From Cycas panzhihuaensis (taxonomy: Eukaryota; Plantae; Cycadophyta): a stretch of DNA of 64,000 bases. The notes below the pieces were generated by a model. The model saw nothing but the letters and a program-made list of their open reading frames with translations. It had not been told where the DNA came from and ran no database searches. The DNA is taken from NCBI GenBank assembly GCA_023213395.1, contig CM041465.1:102059741-102123740 (forward strand), given 5' to 3'. The position numbers were made by a program, and so were the translations under genes. Of this stretch, positions 22,326-36,846 are shown in pieces. The number at the start of each line of letters is the position of its first letter. Position 1 is the first letter of the stretch.

Positions 22326-24243
22326 AGTGGTATTAGAGCTAGAAGGGGATCTATTCACTCCATTCCACTTGCATTGAGTTATTTTACCTCTCATTCACCT
22401 TCAATATGAAGCATTGAGAATGCACTTATTATTTTTAAAATTTTGAGAGTTTTTTTATCATGCAAAGCTTGTGTTTTATTTATAGTATATTTCAATGTCT
22501 TCTATTTATTTGTAGATGCATTAAGGATCAAAGTTGTTAGCTAGAAGAAGGTTTCTTGGCTTTAAGCTCATAGAAAAAATTAGTTTTTTATCAATATTTG
22601 TAGCTAATTTTAAATTTTACTATAGGAGATTCTATTAGGTTTTCATCATAAATCAATTGTCAATTATAAAATATATGCTATAAAGTTGTAGAGTAAAATT
22701 TTAGTTGCTTACATGTGAAAGGTTTAAGCTTAAATTATTCAAAAAAAAAGGTTATTTAGCCCTACGAGAGATAAAAATTAAAAGTTATCCATTTTGTCTA
22801 AAAATTTGCAAGAAGGGATATCCAAGCAAGATAAACATTTTTATCTTCTTCATCATCTCCAAATTCTATCTCGATTGGCCTCAAAAAGTAGAAGTTTAGT
22901 TAGCTCTAATTTAACTACTTTTTTTAGAAATTTTCTCAAAATTTCTTGAGGGCTTTAGTAGATCTAGCCTCAAGGAATCCAACAAATCAAGTTTTATCAA
23001 ATTCGATATACTAAAGAGAAAGATTTCTTTAAAATTTAGATTTCTACCAAGAAAAGTCATATAGGAGTTTTAACGAGTTTCAGGCTGTTTCTGCTCATTT
23101 TTAGAAGTTTTACTAGAAGACTTTTTAACTCATCATAGCGAGATCTATCATCTGAAAGAGTGAAGTTTTGAGTCAAAATATTTTGGCCATTTTGTATGGT
23201 TACATAACCATATAGAAATTTCTTACAGAAGATTCAAATTCCTCTCGCTTTTCCTAGTACTTTCTCTCTTAGTCAAAATTTAAGTTTAGAAGTAAATTTT
23301 TAAGGTTTTGCTTTTTCCCTTTTCTTAACAAAACAAGAAGGGGTTTTTCAAATAGCAAAAGTGAAATAGAAAGCTCATTGTAATAGTAAAATACCTAGAT
23401 CATAGTAAAATCTGATATTTATACTTAGCATCTTTATATATCTATTTATGTGTATGCACATTAATAGACAAAAGTATAAAAGCAAGCTTTAACATATTAG
23501 CAATTTATTTCAGCAACATAAATGTAAACATATTTTTATATTCCTTAAAATGAACCTATTATATTCAATTTATACCACCGGTTCTTAACTTGTGTATATA
23601 CTCTCCTTGGTTAAAATAGACCATGGTTGGTCGAAGCCTTAGCCTTAAGGGAGGTGTGAGTTTCATACTAGGTTTGGTCTTAACCAAAATAATGGTGGAG
23701 TGATAAGTTAGCCATATTTATAGGCTCCCTTCAAGGATTATCCTAATAACTAGTTGGGACAACTAGAACCTTAAAGTAAGATTAAAATCAACCCAGTCTA
23801 ATATTTGTTACAGTCGTGGGATATACATGTACTATTTGACTCTTTGGACAAGGTATATGTCTGCTCACTAGTGAAATAGGTGAGGACGGGGAGTACTTAG
23901 GCTTCACTATGACTTGGATTTCATCACCAAGCATATGTGTGGATATCATCGGTGAAGACCCTAATTGTATACTAGAAGCCTTAGGCATCAAAACCTCACT
24001 TATATTTGGACATAAGTTAGAGGTTAGTGGTATGACACATCACCATTCTTTGCTAACTCTATATTAGGCCTCATTGTTATATCTTTGCTTATACTCATTC
24101 TTCATAGTTGCTGAAAAATACTTAATTATTACTTGCCTTCTCATCATAGTATTTATTTTTACATCCCTACTATATTAGGTATACTAGCCATACGTGTCAG
24201 TGGTACATACTTCTATCATCTCTTCTACTTCTTTATCATCACC

Positions 24244-27200
24244 ATGTCATCTCAATTCAAGTATAATGTTAATTACATATTGAAAGGCAAAGAAAATTGG
24301 GATTTGTGGTACACTGGAGTTAAAAGTGTTGCAAAGTATGAAGGCCTTTAGAGAGCCCACTTACAGCCTACACCTATCATACTTACAATAGCTACAACAC
24401 CTGCTTCCGATAGAACCACTCCAATAGCTCCTACAGATGTTATAGCTAAACTGTAATGGGAGATAAATAATGAAAAGATTTGTGCAAGAATTCTATTAGT
24501 TACTAATCACTCCTTACACAACTTAATTAACAAAGAGCAACATAATACAACTTAGAAGGTCCTTGAAGTTCTTAAGAAGAACTTTGATACCAAGTCAGGT
24601 TTAAAATTTGTTTATCTTATTTTGAAAATGAATAAATTAAAAATGCAGAAGGGACAATCTCATGAGATAATAAATCTCTTTCGACTAATAAAGCAAGCAA
24701 TTGACAAGATTTTAAGACCCAATGCATCACTTAGACATTCTTGATCTAATCATATCTACATGTCCCTGATTATAAAAACTTACTTAGAAGTCTTTAATCT
24801 AGTGGAATATTTAAGACACTCAACTTCAAAGCACTTGGTGAAAAGTTTATAGAATTTAACAATACCTTTGATACCAACTTTATAACCTCTGACTCTCTTC
24901 CAGATGTAGCCTTTGAGGTGGAAGATGAAGCTTTCTATATAAAGAAGCAAGGTCCCTCTCGTAATAGAGGAAATAATTGAGCAAGAGAAAGAGGAAGAAA
25001 TATGGGAAATCCTCCACAGGGTCAACTAAACCCTCAGTTCTAGCCTCGACAGTCTCAAGGCTAAGGGCCACCTCAACAAAAAGTAAGACAGTCAAGCCAA
25101 ACTAATACCCCTTTAGGGATTTACAATTAAACTATTATGTATGATCGATGTAATTATAACAGATGCTTTACAAAAGACTACAGAACTGCCACTTATAAGT
25201 TGGCCAAGTTCTAACTAAAACATGGAGCTCAAAATATTAAAGAAACTTATGAAGAATCCTTTAGTAGTGTAAGTCTTATATAAGCATACTTTTAAAGAAT
25301 TAAGGAGTCTTCAGTATCAAATATCATTGACCAATTATAGAGATACTTTAAAGCTCAATGTGGATATATCACTTGTAAATTCCCTTTATCAATGCCAAGC
25401 CCTATTAGAATTATAAATAGTATTGCTTCAATCGATGGATAGTGGATCATGGACACATGCGTAACTCAATATATGACGTGTAATCATAGTCTATATCAAA
25501 AATTTGACTTAAATATTCAAGGAGTTATTCACATAGCTAACAAATCACAATAACCTATTGAAGGAATTAGTAACATTCACCTAAAACTCCCAAGCTTAAG
25601 AAATTTTACATTGCTTAATGTCCTATACATACCCAATCTCAAATAAAAATTACTCTCCTTATCCATACTTGTATCTTATAGATTTAATCTAAGTGTAACT
25701 GTAATTGAGTAGACTCTCTAGGTCATTCACCCTCTGACTAATCGAGTGGTCTTGACTGAACATCTCACTTATAAACTCTTTTGGCCGAATGGCTCTCTAT
25801 CTTCTGAAGGCCATTATGCCCAAAGCCCTTATGTTGATGAAGAATTTGTATTTAACACTATCTTAACCCACCAGATGTTGTCACTAGAAGCTTTTTGGCA
25901 TATTTACATGGGTCATGTTCACATCGATAGACTTAAAGATCTTTGTAACACTCTTCTAAGTCTTCCAAAGTTCTCCTCCAAGCCCTTCAAATATGAAGCT
26001 TGTATCATTGCCAAATCTCATCGACAACCCTTTCTCAAAAGTTAGTGGAAATTGAGCCATCCATTGCAATTAGTACACTCTGATCTATATGAATCAATGC
26101 CCATTCCTTCACTAAATGGTAAGTTATATTACATCTCTTTTATTGATGATTTTATTAAGAAAGTATGGGTAGATTTTCTATATAAGAAAGATTAAGCCTT
26201 CTATGTATTCAAAGAATTTAAAGCATATACTAAAAAAGGGTTAGGTTATCAACTTAAACATCTTCAAACTAATAATGATAGTAAATATACCTCATATGAG
26301 TTTGAAAGCTACCTTGGAGACAATGGCATCAAACATCAAACAATAGTAGTAGGTACCCCATAATAAAATGGAGTTGTTAAGTACATGAATAAGATAATCA
26401 TGAACATGGCTTGAGCTATGTTAGTATACAAAAATATACCTATTTACTTATGGGTCGAAGCCATCTAGACAGTCATTTATTGTATTAATATTGTTAACCC
26501 ATCAAAGGAAGGACAATCACCTAGTAAAAAGTGGTTAGAACGAGCCCCTATTATTCACTACTTAAAATTTTTTACCTCTTATGCTATGCCCACATTCTAG
26601 ATGTAGATCAAAATAAACTCCAACTAAGGGCACTTAAAGACATCTTTGTTAGATACCCCATAGACCAAAAAGGATATAAGGTCTTTATACCTTCACAATA
26701 AAAAATTATCATTACTAGAGATGTTGTTTTTATAGAGATAGAGGATTAATTACTTTGACTGGACTCCAAAACACCTTCATGCCACTATAATGATGTTATC
26801 AAGTATGATGTTTAGATTCCAACATTTAGGAGGGGGGGAATATACATAAATTACTCCAAATATTGGAAGCTAATAATAAATCCTTAAAGGATATAAATTG
26901 TGACTCTAAATTGATAAGTGCACATCCAACACCATCCTTTGAAGATAGAAAATTTGACAAAGGCAAAGCTATTATAGAAGAATCAGCCTCTCCACCTTCA
27001 ATTAACAAAGATAAAACAGTGGTAGAAGGACCCTCTTCCTTAGGTGCATCAACATCCTCCTCACAAAATAATCATTTTAATAAATAAGATAAGACTCAAG
27101 AAGCTAAGAAAATGAGGACCTCATTCTAAACTCAAGGATCTCGTAAAGCCCACCAACTTAATAAGGACATACAACCAAATGACGTGAGCAAAACTAGCAC

Positions 27201-28818
27201 TCAAAGTATCCATAGAGTAAGGATGCAAGAATCATTATATACTTAGCTTAAACTAGCAAAACTATACCTTACTCTTAATGAAGACCCTCTCTTATACTAA
27301 GAAGTTGTAAAATATATAGTTTGAAGAAATGCAATGAACGAAGTAACCAATCTCTCATAAAAAATGGTACATGGGAGCTTGTTGATCTACCACTTGGGAA
27401 AAAGATAGTTTAAAATAAATGGAGGTTCAAAAATAAATACTGATCAAATAACACCCTTGAAAAACACAAGGCAAGGTTAGTAGCTAAAGGATTCATACAA
27501 AGGAAAGGTATCGACTACATTGAAGTCTTTGAACCTATAAACAAGTGGCCTACAATTAGAACTCTTATGGCCTTAGCTGCTCAACTAGGTTAGAAAATCC
27601 ACCAGTTTGATATTAAAACTATGTTTCTCAATGGGGATCTTAAAGAAAAAAATTACATGGCTCAACTAGAAGGATATGGGATCGAAGGTCAAGAGCATAA
27701 GGTTTGCAAGCTCAAAAAGTCCTTGTATAGCATTAAATAAGCCCCTCATATTTGGTTTGCTAAGTTGTCTGAAAGAATGAGGTAACTTGGATACGAAGTT
27801 TGTGACTACCAAGATATTGATGCAACACTATTCATCAAGCACCAAAAGGTCAAAGTCGATTATCTTATAATCTTTATGGATGACATGCTAGTAATGGGTA
27901 ATAGTGAACAGGCAATAAGCTAACTAAAAAAGGACCTTAGTAAAATGTTTAAATTGTCTGACCTCGATTTGATGAAATATTACTTAGGAATTAAAGTAAC
28001 ACAAAGAATAGAAAATTTTTCCTCTCTCAAGAAAAATACATCAATGATCTTCTGACCAAGTTTCAGTTAGAAGATACTTGACCAATGGCTTTACCTATGA
28101 ATCCTAACTCTCAGTTGATGGTGATACTAGGGAGACAGATGCAACACTCTACAGGAAACTTGTAGGTAGTCTCATCTATACTACCAATACAAGGCCAGAT
28201 ATTGCACACTCTATCGATATTCTTACACGATTCATGACAAATCCTAAGTAGAATCATTGGTAGGTTACAGTTCGAGTGTTAAAATACTTGAAGGCAACTA
28301 GCAAATTTGGTCTATGATATAAACCTAATAATGAATTTAAGTTTTTTATAAACACAAACTCAGACTCTGTAGGAGATAAAGATACAAGAATATCTACATC
28401 TCAATATGTGACATTTCTTAGAATAGCACCAATATCATGGAGATCAAGATGACAGAAGATAGTTGTTGATTCAACTACTGAAGTTGAATACATTACTACT
28501 TTTAAGAGTAATAAGGAGGTAATATGGCTTAGAAAATTATTGGAAATATTAAATATCACTCAAACAAGTCCTACTAGCCTTCGTGTAGATAATCAATCAG
28601 TAATTTACATGGCAAAAAATCCTACATTTCACGATCATACTAAACACATAAGTACGAAAGTCCACAAGATTAGATAACTTATTCATGATGGCATAATTCA
28701 ACTAGAATATTATCCTATAATAGATCAAGTGGCTGATATCTTCACTAAACCATTGCAAAGGGTAAAGTTTGAATGGTTTTAAAGGCAACTTGGCCTTAGG
28801 GCTTCCACCTTTGACTGA
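24244..28818 (+). pseudogene. Copia gag-pol of D
   Basis: MSSQFKY...LKGKENWDLWY; protease WIMDTCVTQYMT; GAG-pre-integrase WHIYMGH..ACIIAKSHRQPF; PLQLVHSDL; RT NGTWELVDLPLGK, IFMDDML; RH STTEVEY, TKHI, DQVADIFTKPL. Confidence 0.9.
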
Positions 28819-29607
28819 TCAAAGAAGATGGTAATATGATCATCATACTTTATTCTATTCATGAAAACCCCTTATGGGCATAAAAGAATAAGAGTAAGTC
28901 TCTGATCTATCCTATTATGGCACAGAAGGATAAAGGTTATACTAGTTATAGTATCAAATCCTTCTTCTTTTAATATGGCATCGATCTTAGTGTACTAAGC
29001 ACATGGTTCTTGCTTTAGGCCATGAAGTGACTTTTCTAAATAGCACATAAGATACTCTTATCTTTTCTTGAAGAAATAAAGAAGTTGTTCCATGCATATC
29101 TCCTCTTTTATTAAGGAATGTTAATTTCACACCTATTTGGTATAACTTTCATCTATATTTTATTGCTAATAAAAGGATCAAGTAGACTATTATTGCTTTA
29201 GAGACTAGTGCAACTATCTCCTCATAATTTATCCCTTCTTTCTACTTAAATCCTTATGCAATAAGTTTGCATTTATACTTGTCCACCTATCGATTAGATC
29301 ATAACTTAGTCTTATAGACCCATTTACAACCAACAAAATTTTTCTTAGGAGGCAATGGAACTAACTCACATGTGGTATTTCTAATGAGAGAACCAAATTC
29401 CTCCTACATAATAACCCCTTAATAAAGATCATCATTTTTTTAATCATATAAAGCATGATCATGAGAGTTCATGGTGTTAACCATAAGAGTTTGACTAGCA
29501 TGTTGGCTCCTCATTCTTTGTTCATCTATAAGATTTTATAATGTTATACTAGAATATTCAATAGTTTTCCTAGCCCATAATAAGATTAAAATACCCAATG
29601 TTATTAG
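28819..29607 (-). pseudogene. RT fragment of E, truncated at about the YVDD motif
   Basis: GCKWVYKTKL*SNR*VDKYKCKLIA*GFK*KEGINYEEIVA. Confidence 0.8.
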
Positions 29608-32600
29608 TATTAAGCTTTATGCTTATATATTAAGCTAATGCAATTTATCATTATACTTTATAGGCTGACTTATCACGTAAGTGATAAAGTACACACCTAC
29701 ATTCTTTTCTAGTGACATGACAATGTGACTTAAGGATCAAAGTGATCCTTATATACTTTTACTCATATGAGAGCCTAAAAGGACATGCCATATATATAAA
29801 AGGTGTAGCTTAGATGTTTGACACTTGTTAACATCTAGCACCTTAGATCTCTCTTCTAACTCTACATATTGAGACCAATTCTCATGTATTTCATATAGAA
29901 AGCGAGTAGCATTGATATGCTATCAATTTGTTAAAGCTATCATTATATTTTAAAGATTAGACCAATTCTATATCCTCCATATTAGTATTGTTGTGCTTAT
30001 GCTTCTTATATTTATGCTTGGTTATATATTTTATTTTAATATCTTACTCTTTTAGATGTTAATCATCTCATTCATAGGTAGATTATTTCTTCTTTTTAGA
30101 TCTTAGGTTTTATAGGCTTAATACCCATTCCTAACATTTGGTATCATAGCAGCTGAGAGGAGTTTTTTCTACCCTATTTTCTCTATTTTATTTTTTAAGA
30201 GTTACAAACCGTTAGTGATGACCTTCAGTTTTTTAAGATAACCCAAGGCTTTTTAAACTCATTTTCTATAGATTTTCAACATTCTAGAATTATCTAAAGG
30301 CTACAGATTATCTATTTTATCTTTTAATTTTTTTTCCTTAACACATCTTATTAGGTGTAGCATTAATTATTACTTAGAACAAAGTTTTCTTTGAAAGAAT
30401 AATTATTTTTTGAAGTATTTTATCTTAGATTTATAAAAGTTAAGGAGACTGAGCTCAAAATCTACTCATTTGAGGCCTGAAGAACTCACCTTGTCTCAAA
30501 TCTACTTATTGAGATCAAGTTTTCTACTATTCTAACTCCTTTATAGCTGCTTTGTATTAAAATCCACTCCTTATAATGGAAAATCTTCTCAGTTTATTAT
30601 TGCTTGTCCTTTTATTTACTAAGCAATGATTAAATAATCCTCCTTAACTCTTACAAGTGTCTGGCTATTAGATATCACTTTAAACCAAGTTGGCTCTAAA
30701 ATTCAGGTTCAACCCTTCATACTATGTTTTTCTCCTCTCTAGAGATTAGACTAATCCTTGTTAGATCCTACGTCACCTCAAGTATGATTGGATGTTACTT
30801 CAACTACTACGTAGCACTCTCTGTCTACAGTTATCCATGCACTCAACCACCCATCCAATGTAGGAGATCTCACTCAATATTGCCCAAAGTCCATTGAAAG
30901 AGCATTCAAATTTACAATAAAGTAATTATGAATGTAGATCTGAAGGCATTTCATTGTTCAGATTAATTGATCAAACAAAAATTTATCCTGCATGATTATG
31001 TTTTTTGCACAGGTTTGCCGACAACCTATTTTTGAATTTTTAGTTTTGATTTTCTAAACTTTAGATTATAAACTTAGATTATATATTAAATAATATTCAC
31101 TAAATATTCTTTTTTAAATCCTTTTAATTTACTTAAGTTTATTTTCTAAGAGTTATTTAAGTGGTATTTTATCATTTGGAAACTTAATATTCACTTTTTA
31201 TTTATTTTTTCAAGTTCACTACACATATGAAAAAAATTACATGTGTGACTCGAACAAGTAATTTTAGGTTTCTTTATGATCCTTAAGTGAAAATTTTCAT
31301 ATTTTTTAGTGATTTTCCTAAGGCTCCCTTTGAGGTGACCTTAATACCCTAATCTTAAAAGGGCTAAAAATTCATCTCTTTTAATAAAATCACTTGATTT
31401 TTTGAAGGTTGGTTAGGATATTTAGAGTCCTAATACATTTGGGTGCTTGTCTACTCTTGCAAAGTGATTTATTTTCTTTATTAAGTGGTTATTTTCTCAT
31501 TAAAAAGAATCCACTTGAAGCATTACATTAAGTAAGTTCTTTATTTTTACTTAGATATTTAACACTTTTTAATTTTTTTTAAGTGTTTTTCAAAACACTT
31601 AGTGTGTTACTTATTGATGTACTCATTTGCTTATTTTTTAAGCATCATTTGTAAGTTTTTATCAAGTATTTGTAAGAAGTATATCATCTAAGTAAATTAT
31701 ACTTAAAGTCAACTCAAACTTCTTAAAAATTGGCTTTAAAATCTTGTTGGAGAGGCTCGAAAAAGGTTAAGTCCTTACCTCTGAAATAACCTCAAGCTTG
31801 GTGCATTCCCTAAGGGACTAACTGACTATATGGTTAGTGCATGACAATGAGGTTTCTTGAAGAAAAGGAGATTTGAAAAGGGTGTTATTAGGGATGTGAA
31901 TCCTAAAGAAAGTATGGTATGTCTATATAGATCAATCCTACCTACCTTATTTTAAATTTAACTTGGTCAACTATTGGATCTCATTAAAGATTAAGGTTGG
32001 ACAAACTTTATAGCCTAATCCTCCACTCCTTATTATTCTCTTCAATTGTTAGATCTTCTAGTAAGATTATGATTGTTGGTTTGTTTAGAAGGTATAAATT
32101 AAACAATAAAAGGTCAGAGTCTCCAAGTTCATCTGCTAACCTTAAGACTTTATCAACTTTAACATGGCTACAATTAACATGCTTAATGCATACACCATAA
32201 AATTAACTAGGGAAAATAATTATCAGGAATGAAAGCATTATACTCAAAAAAAAATTATTTATTTTTTAGATATAGATATTATCGATCCAAATCAGATCCT
32301 AACTTATACATTAAAGTTAGGAAGGACCATGTTATCTTTATTATCTTATACATAGATGACTTGGTGATTATAGGAAATAACACTAAGATAATTAAGATTC
32401 TTTGAGGTGACCTGAAGAGAAATTTTGAGATGACATATCTTGGACTTCTCTATTACTTTTTAGGCTTAAAGATATAGCAATAGCCAAGCCATATCTTCAT
32501 CTCCCAAACAAAATACTATTGGGACATTTTATAGTAGTTTAGAATACAAGATTGTAAACTAGTGCTTATGCTTATGGAGAATGGAATAAAACTGACTCTC

Positions 32601-33856
32601 AATAAGAAAGCAAAACTTGCAAATCCCACCTTATATTGGCAATTAGTTGGTAGCCTAATTTACCACACTAACACTAGATTAGATATTTTATTTGCTATTG
32701 GGATTTATTTCAAGTACATGTTTCAATCAAATCAAAAAATTAGAATACAATTAAATGCATACTGAGATATATCAAAGGCATATTACAATATACCCTTCAA
32801 TATGTTCATAATGAAAACTTCATCTTAGAAGGGTTCTCAAATTATGATTAGATAGGATACTAAGATAGCTGCTAATTAATCTCAGGCTATTGTTTTACCC
32901 TTAGTTCTGGTTTTATTCAATGGAGTTACAAGAAGTAACCAAATGTTACTTTATCATCCACAGAACTAGAGTATAAAGTTACAATTAACGTAGCTTATGA
33001 GGTTATTTAGCTCAAACAGATTCTTAGAGAGCTCAGACTTGAGTAATATCACCCCATCATGCTATATCATAATAATTAAAGTATGCTCAAGTTGACCAAA
33101 AATCTAATTTTTGATGTAAGAACTAAACATATAAAGGTTTATCACTACTTAATCGGGAAGCATGTTTGAAAAGGTGAGGTCAACCTCTTCTATAGGCCCA
33201 CATACTAACATATAATAGAAAACTTTACCAATCCACTTGGTAGAGAAAAGTTTGTAAAATTCAGAGATGGTCTTGGTATCCAACTTAATATTATAAATAG
33301 TAAGGTGAGATGTTAAACCTTATGTTTATATATTAAGCTAATGTACTTTATTATTGTTTTATTATTGTACTCTATAGGGTGACTTATCACTTAAGTGATA
33401 AAGTACATATCCACATTCTTTTCTAGTAATATGATATTATGACTTAATGGTCAAAGTGACCCTTATGCACTTTTGCTCATATGAGAGCCTAAAAGGACAC
33501 ATGTCCTACATGCAAAAGGTATAGCATAGATGTTTGACACTTGTTAAACATCCAATAGTTCAGGTCTCTCCTCCAACTTTATATATTGAGATCAATTCTC
33601 ATGTATTTCATATGGAAAGTAAGTAACACTGTTATGTTACCAGTTTATTAATCAAGCTATCATTCTATTTTAGAGATTAGACCAATTACATCTCCTCCAT
33701 ATTGGTATTATTGTGCTTATACTTCTTATATTTATGATTAGTTATATTATCCATTTCAATATCTTACTCTCTTAGATGCTAATCATCTCATCCATAGGCA
33801 AATAATTTCTCCTCTCTAGATCATAGGTTGTATAGGCTTAATAGTTATTCCTAATA
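29608..33856 (+). mobile_element. Element F: internally deleted (non-autonomous) Ty1/copia element with both LTRs
   Basis: LTRs 29608-30136 and 33311-33856; TSD ATTAG/GTTAG; PBS TGGTATCATAGC at 30139; PPT 33302-33310; only a possible short gag piece (~31815-31900) and RT C-terminus/RH (~32230-33280; LYIDDL, LYWQLVGSLIY, RTKHI). Confidence 0.88.
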
Positions 33857-36150
33857 GTTAGTACCTCCACATGTGATAACTCCTCATCATTACCTTCCTA
33901 ACTCAATCCTTCTTCCCTCTAACTCATAGCCTTGGTTCATTGTCCTTTGCAACTAATGAAGCACTAATAGAAAATGGAAATAGTATGGGGTAAAAGGTCT
34001 CTTCATATAACATTTTTTTAGCATGATGTATTATAGACTTATCAAGGCTTACATCCTGACTAATAACAAGTTTTCTCCCTTACAAATCACATAGTTTATA
34101 AGTTATATTGTGATCTTAATACCCTACAAATATATACTTATGACTCTTGTGATCCAACATTTTATAATTTCATTTGGGGTATGTGTATGCATAATACATC
34201 CAAAGATCTTCAAATGGTTAATGATAGGTTTATGACTAGTTAATTTTTCTTTAGGAGTCATGCCATGAACTACTTTTGTCTGTACCTTATTCAATATATA
34301 AATAATAGTCTCCATAACTTTTACCTAAAATATAGGCAACAAGTTCTTCACATACACTATGCATCTTGCTATTTCTATTATGGTATGAATTTTTCTTTTA
34401 ACAATACTATTTTATTATGAGGTATATAGGACAATTAGTTCTTATTTAATACTATGATCTAAGTAGAATTAATTAAAGGTATGATTATCATACTCCTTGC
34501 TATTATTACTTAAATCCTAATTTTTTTATTGCATTTATTCTCAACATGTACTTTCTATTCTCAAAAGAAGTTGAACACTTAAGATTTACCCTTTAGGAAA
34601 TATACTTAGGGCTTCTTAGCATAGTTTTCTACAAACACCAAAGTATAGTAAGCCCTAGATATTAAAGGGTTTGAGAGTAGGCCCATTAAATTAGTATGTA
34701 TAATCTCTAGCTTCTCCTTGGCTCTTTAAGTATAATCTTGAGCTAAAGGATAATGATGATGCTTTTTGTGTATAAATTCTTCACATATACCCTATGAGCA
34801 AGAAATATGGGGTAATCCTTCTACCATTTACAAATGATTTATATGTATAATACTTTTATGATTAAGGTGATTAAGGAATTCACACCACATTTTACTCACG
34901 CCATTTGTATAGGCAACAAAAACATGGTTTGATTCTAAGCTTAAAACTTCTTGAACACCTAAAAATTGTCCTTCACTTTTTTAATATTGATGATAGAGAA
35001 ATTTTACTTTGGATCCTTAATTAAATATTTATCTTTATAAAGCTTAACCTTCATATTTTATTTACGTATCTCTTAAGCTAATAGAATATTCATTTTCCTC
35101 TTAGGTACATAGTACATAACCTTAAATTTTCCACTTAAAAGTAAGACAATATTAACATCCTTAATAAGCACTACACTTGTATCTCCAAGAATGATTTTTG
35201 CTTCACTAAGATTAGTATTCCAAGCATCAAAGTTCTACTTTTAAAAAGAAATGTGTTTCTGTACTTCTAGGTCTAAAATCTAATAGTCTTTTTTATTTGA
35301 TTTGACTGGAAAGGTTGATACTTCTATATAAAATAACTTACAACATCCTTTTCTATATTATTCTATTTTGCTTTACATTTATCCTTCTTTTGAACCAATA
35401 ATTCTTCTCCTTGTGGCCATCCTTCTTATAGTAATTATATTTACCATCAATCTTTATTTTTGCTTAAGATACATCTCCTAATTTTTAAGTAGGTATCCCT
35501 TCTTGAATACCATCCCTCTTTTATGTCTTTGTGACTAAGGCTTGGTTGGATTTAGAACTACTGAGTAAACTATGGTATTTGAACTTAGCATCCTTAGCCA
35601 GAATGAGACCCTTCAACTTCTCAAATGATTCACCCTCCATTATATCATTCCTTGCATAGATGCTTTGAAAGGTTCTAAATATTGTTGAAAATTTTGACAT
35701 GATTGATGCAAATAATATTACATTATTAATTATACTAGGCTATATCTCCTCTAGTTTATTCCTCAAATCTATTATTTTATTCAAATAGGCACTCATGCTA
35801 CTTTCATCTTCCACTATAACATTAAGAAGTTCTATAATTAAAGCAACATAATGATTTGTCATCTTTTGCTAAAATATTTCACATAATTTTATTCAAATTT
35901 CATTTGGTTTCTCTAGGTTGTAGACTAAGGCCCTCTAGTTTAATGTTAAAGATAGTTTTAATAGTCCTATAGTGATAAACTACTTCTCTTCTAGATTATT
36001 TCTTTCCTTCTCATCCAATGAAATGACAAGCAACTCATCTTTGGTAATCACCCATAGTTGATTCACCATTAATACCAACTCCATATTAATATTCCACTTA
36101 TTGAAGTTTATTTTATTAGAGATAACTTGAGGCATCATCTTCTCCATCAT
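33857..36150 (-). pseudogene. gag-protease-integrase of E
   Basis: NFNKWNINMELVLMVNQLW; ILNKVQTK...HLKIFGCI; KLVISQDV. Confidence 0.8.
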
Positions 36151-36846
36151 GAGAAGTAGGCTTATAAAAGAGGCTTTTATATCAAACTTCTTGACATTGA
36201 TATGGGAGTATTTAAACCTTTGTTATAACTTAATCCACTTTTTATCTTTTAAGTCTCTTTTATCTAAATTTTAGGGTCCACTAATTGAAGCATAACTTTT
36301 AATTTAATGGTTAGAGTTCAATCATTCTTATACCAACTTAAAGATCTATCTAAGTAGAATAGGTCAAAACTACAATTAGACTAAAGGCCCCATTATAGGC
36401 CCAAAGGTTTTTAGCCAAAAAAAGGTTTTAAAAATGTATAAAAATTAAGATTTATTTTACATGTTTAAAAATAACAATTAATTTTAGATTAGGTTTTACT
36501 TTTATATAAAAACCCTCAATAGTCTAGTTTTTTAGTATGACTTGATTAGAAATGTGGTTTTATTTAATATTTTAGATAATTAAGGAGTTTTTAGGGTTAA
36601 GGCTATAAGCTTTTGGACTTCTTGCTTTCATTTGTATGAATATAATTTTAGACTGTCATCTAATATATTCAATATAATAGAATAGAATTAGAAGTGAAAT
36701 AACTCTCCTTATTCTTTGGTTCTTCCTTATTTTAAGTTTGTGCATATGATATTGAATGTTTTCCTTACATGTATATTCTCATCATCTAATATCAGAGTGT
36801 AGTTCAGCTCTGGGATTGATGAAAAGTTATAAAAGTTTGAGGTATT

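Larger units (their letters stand above)
21581..28818 (+). mobile_element. Element D: degenerate Ty1/copia element, 3' LTR missing; left boundary uncertain
   Basis: tRNA-iMet PBSs at 22020 and 22328, long 5' UTR, gag-PR-INT-RT-RH order at 24244-28818. Confidence 0.8.
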
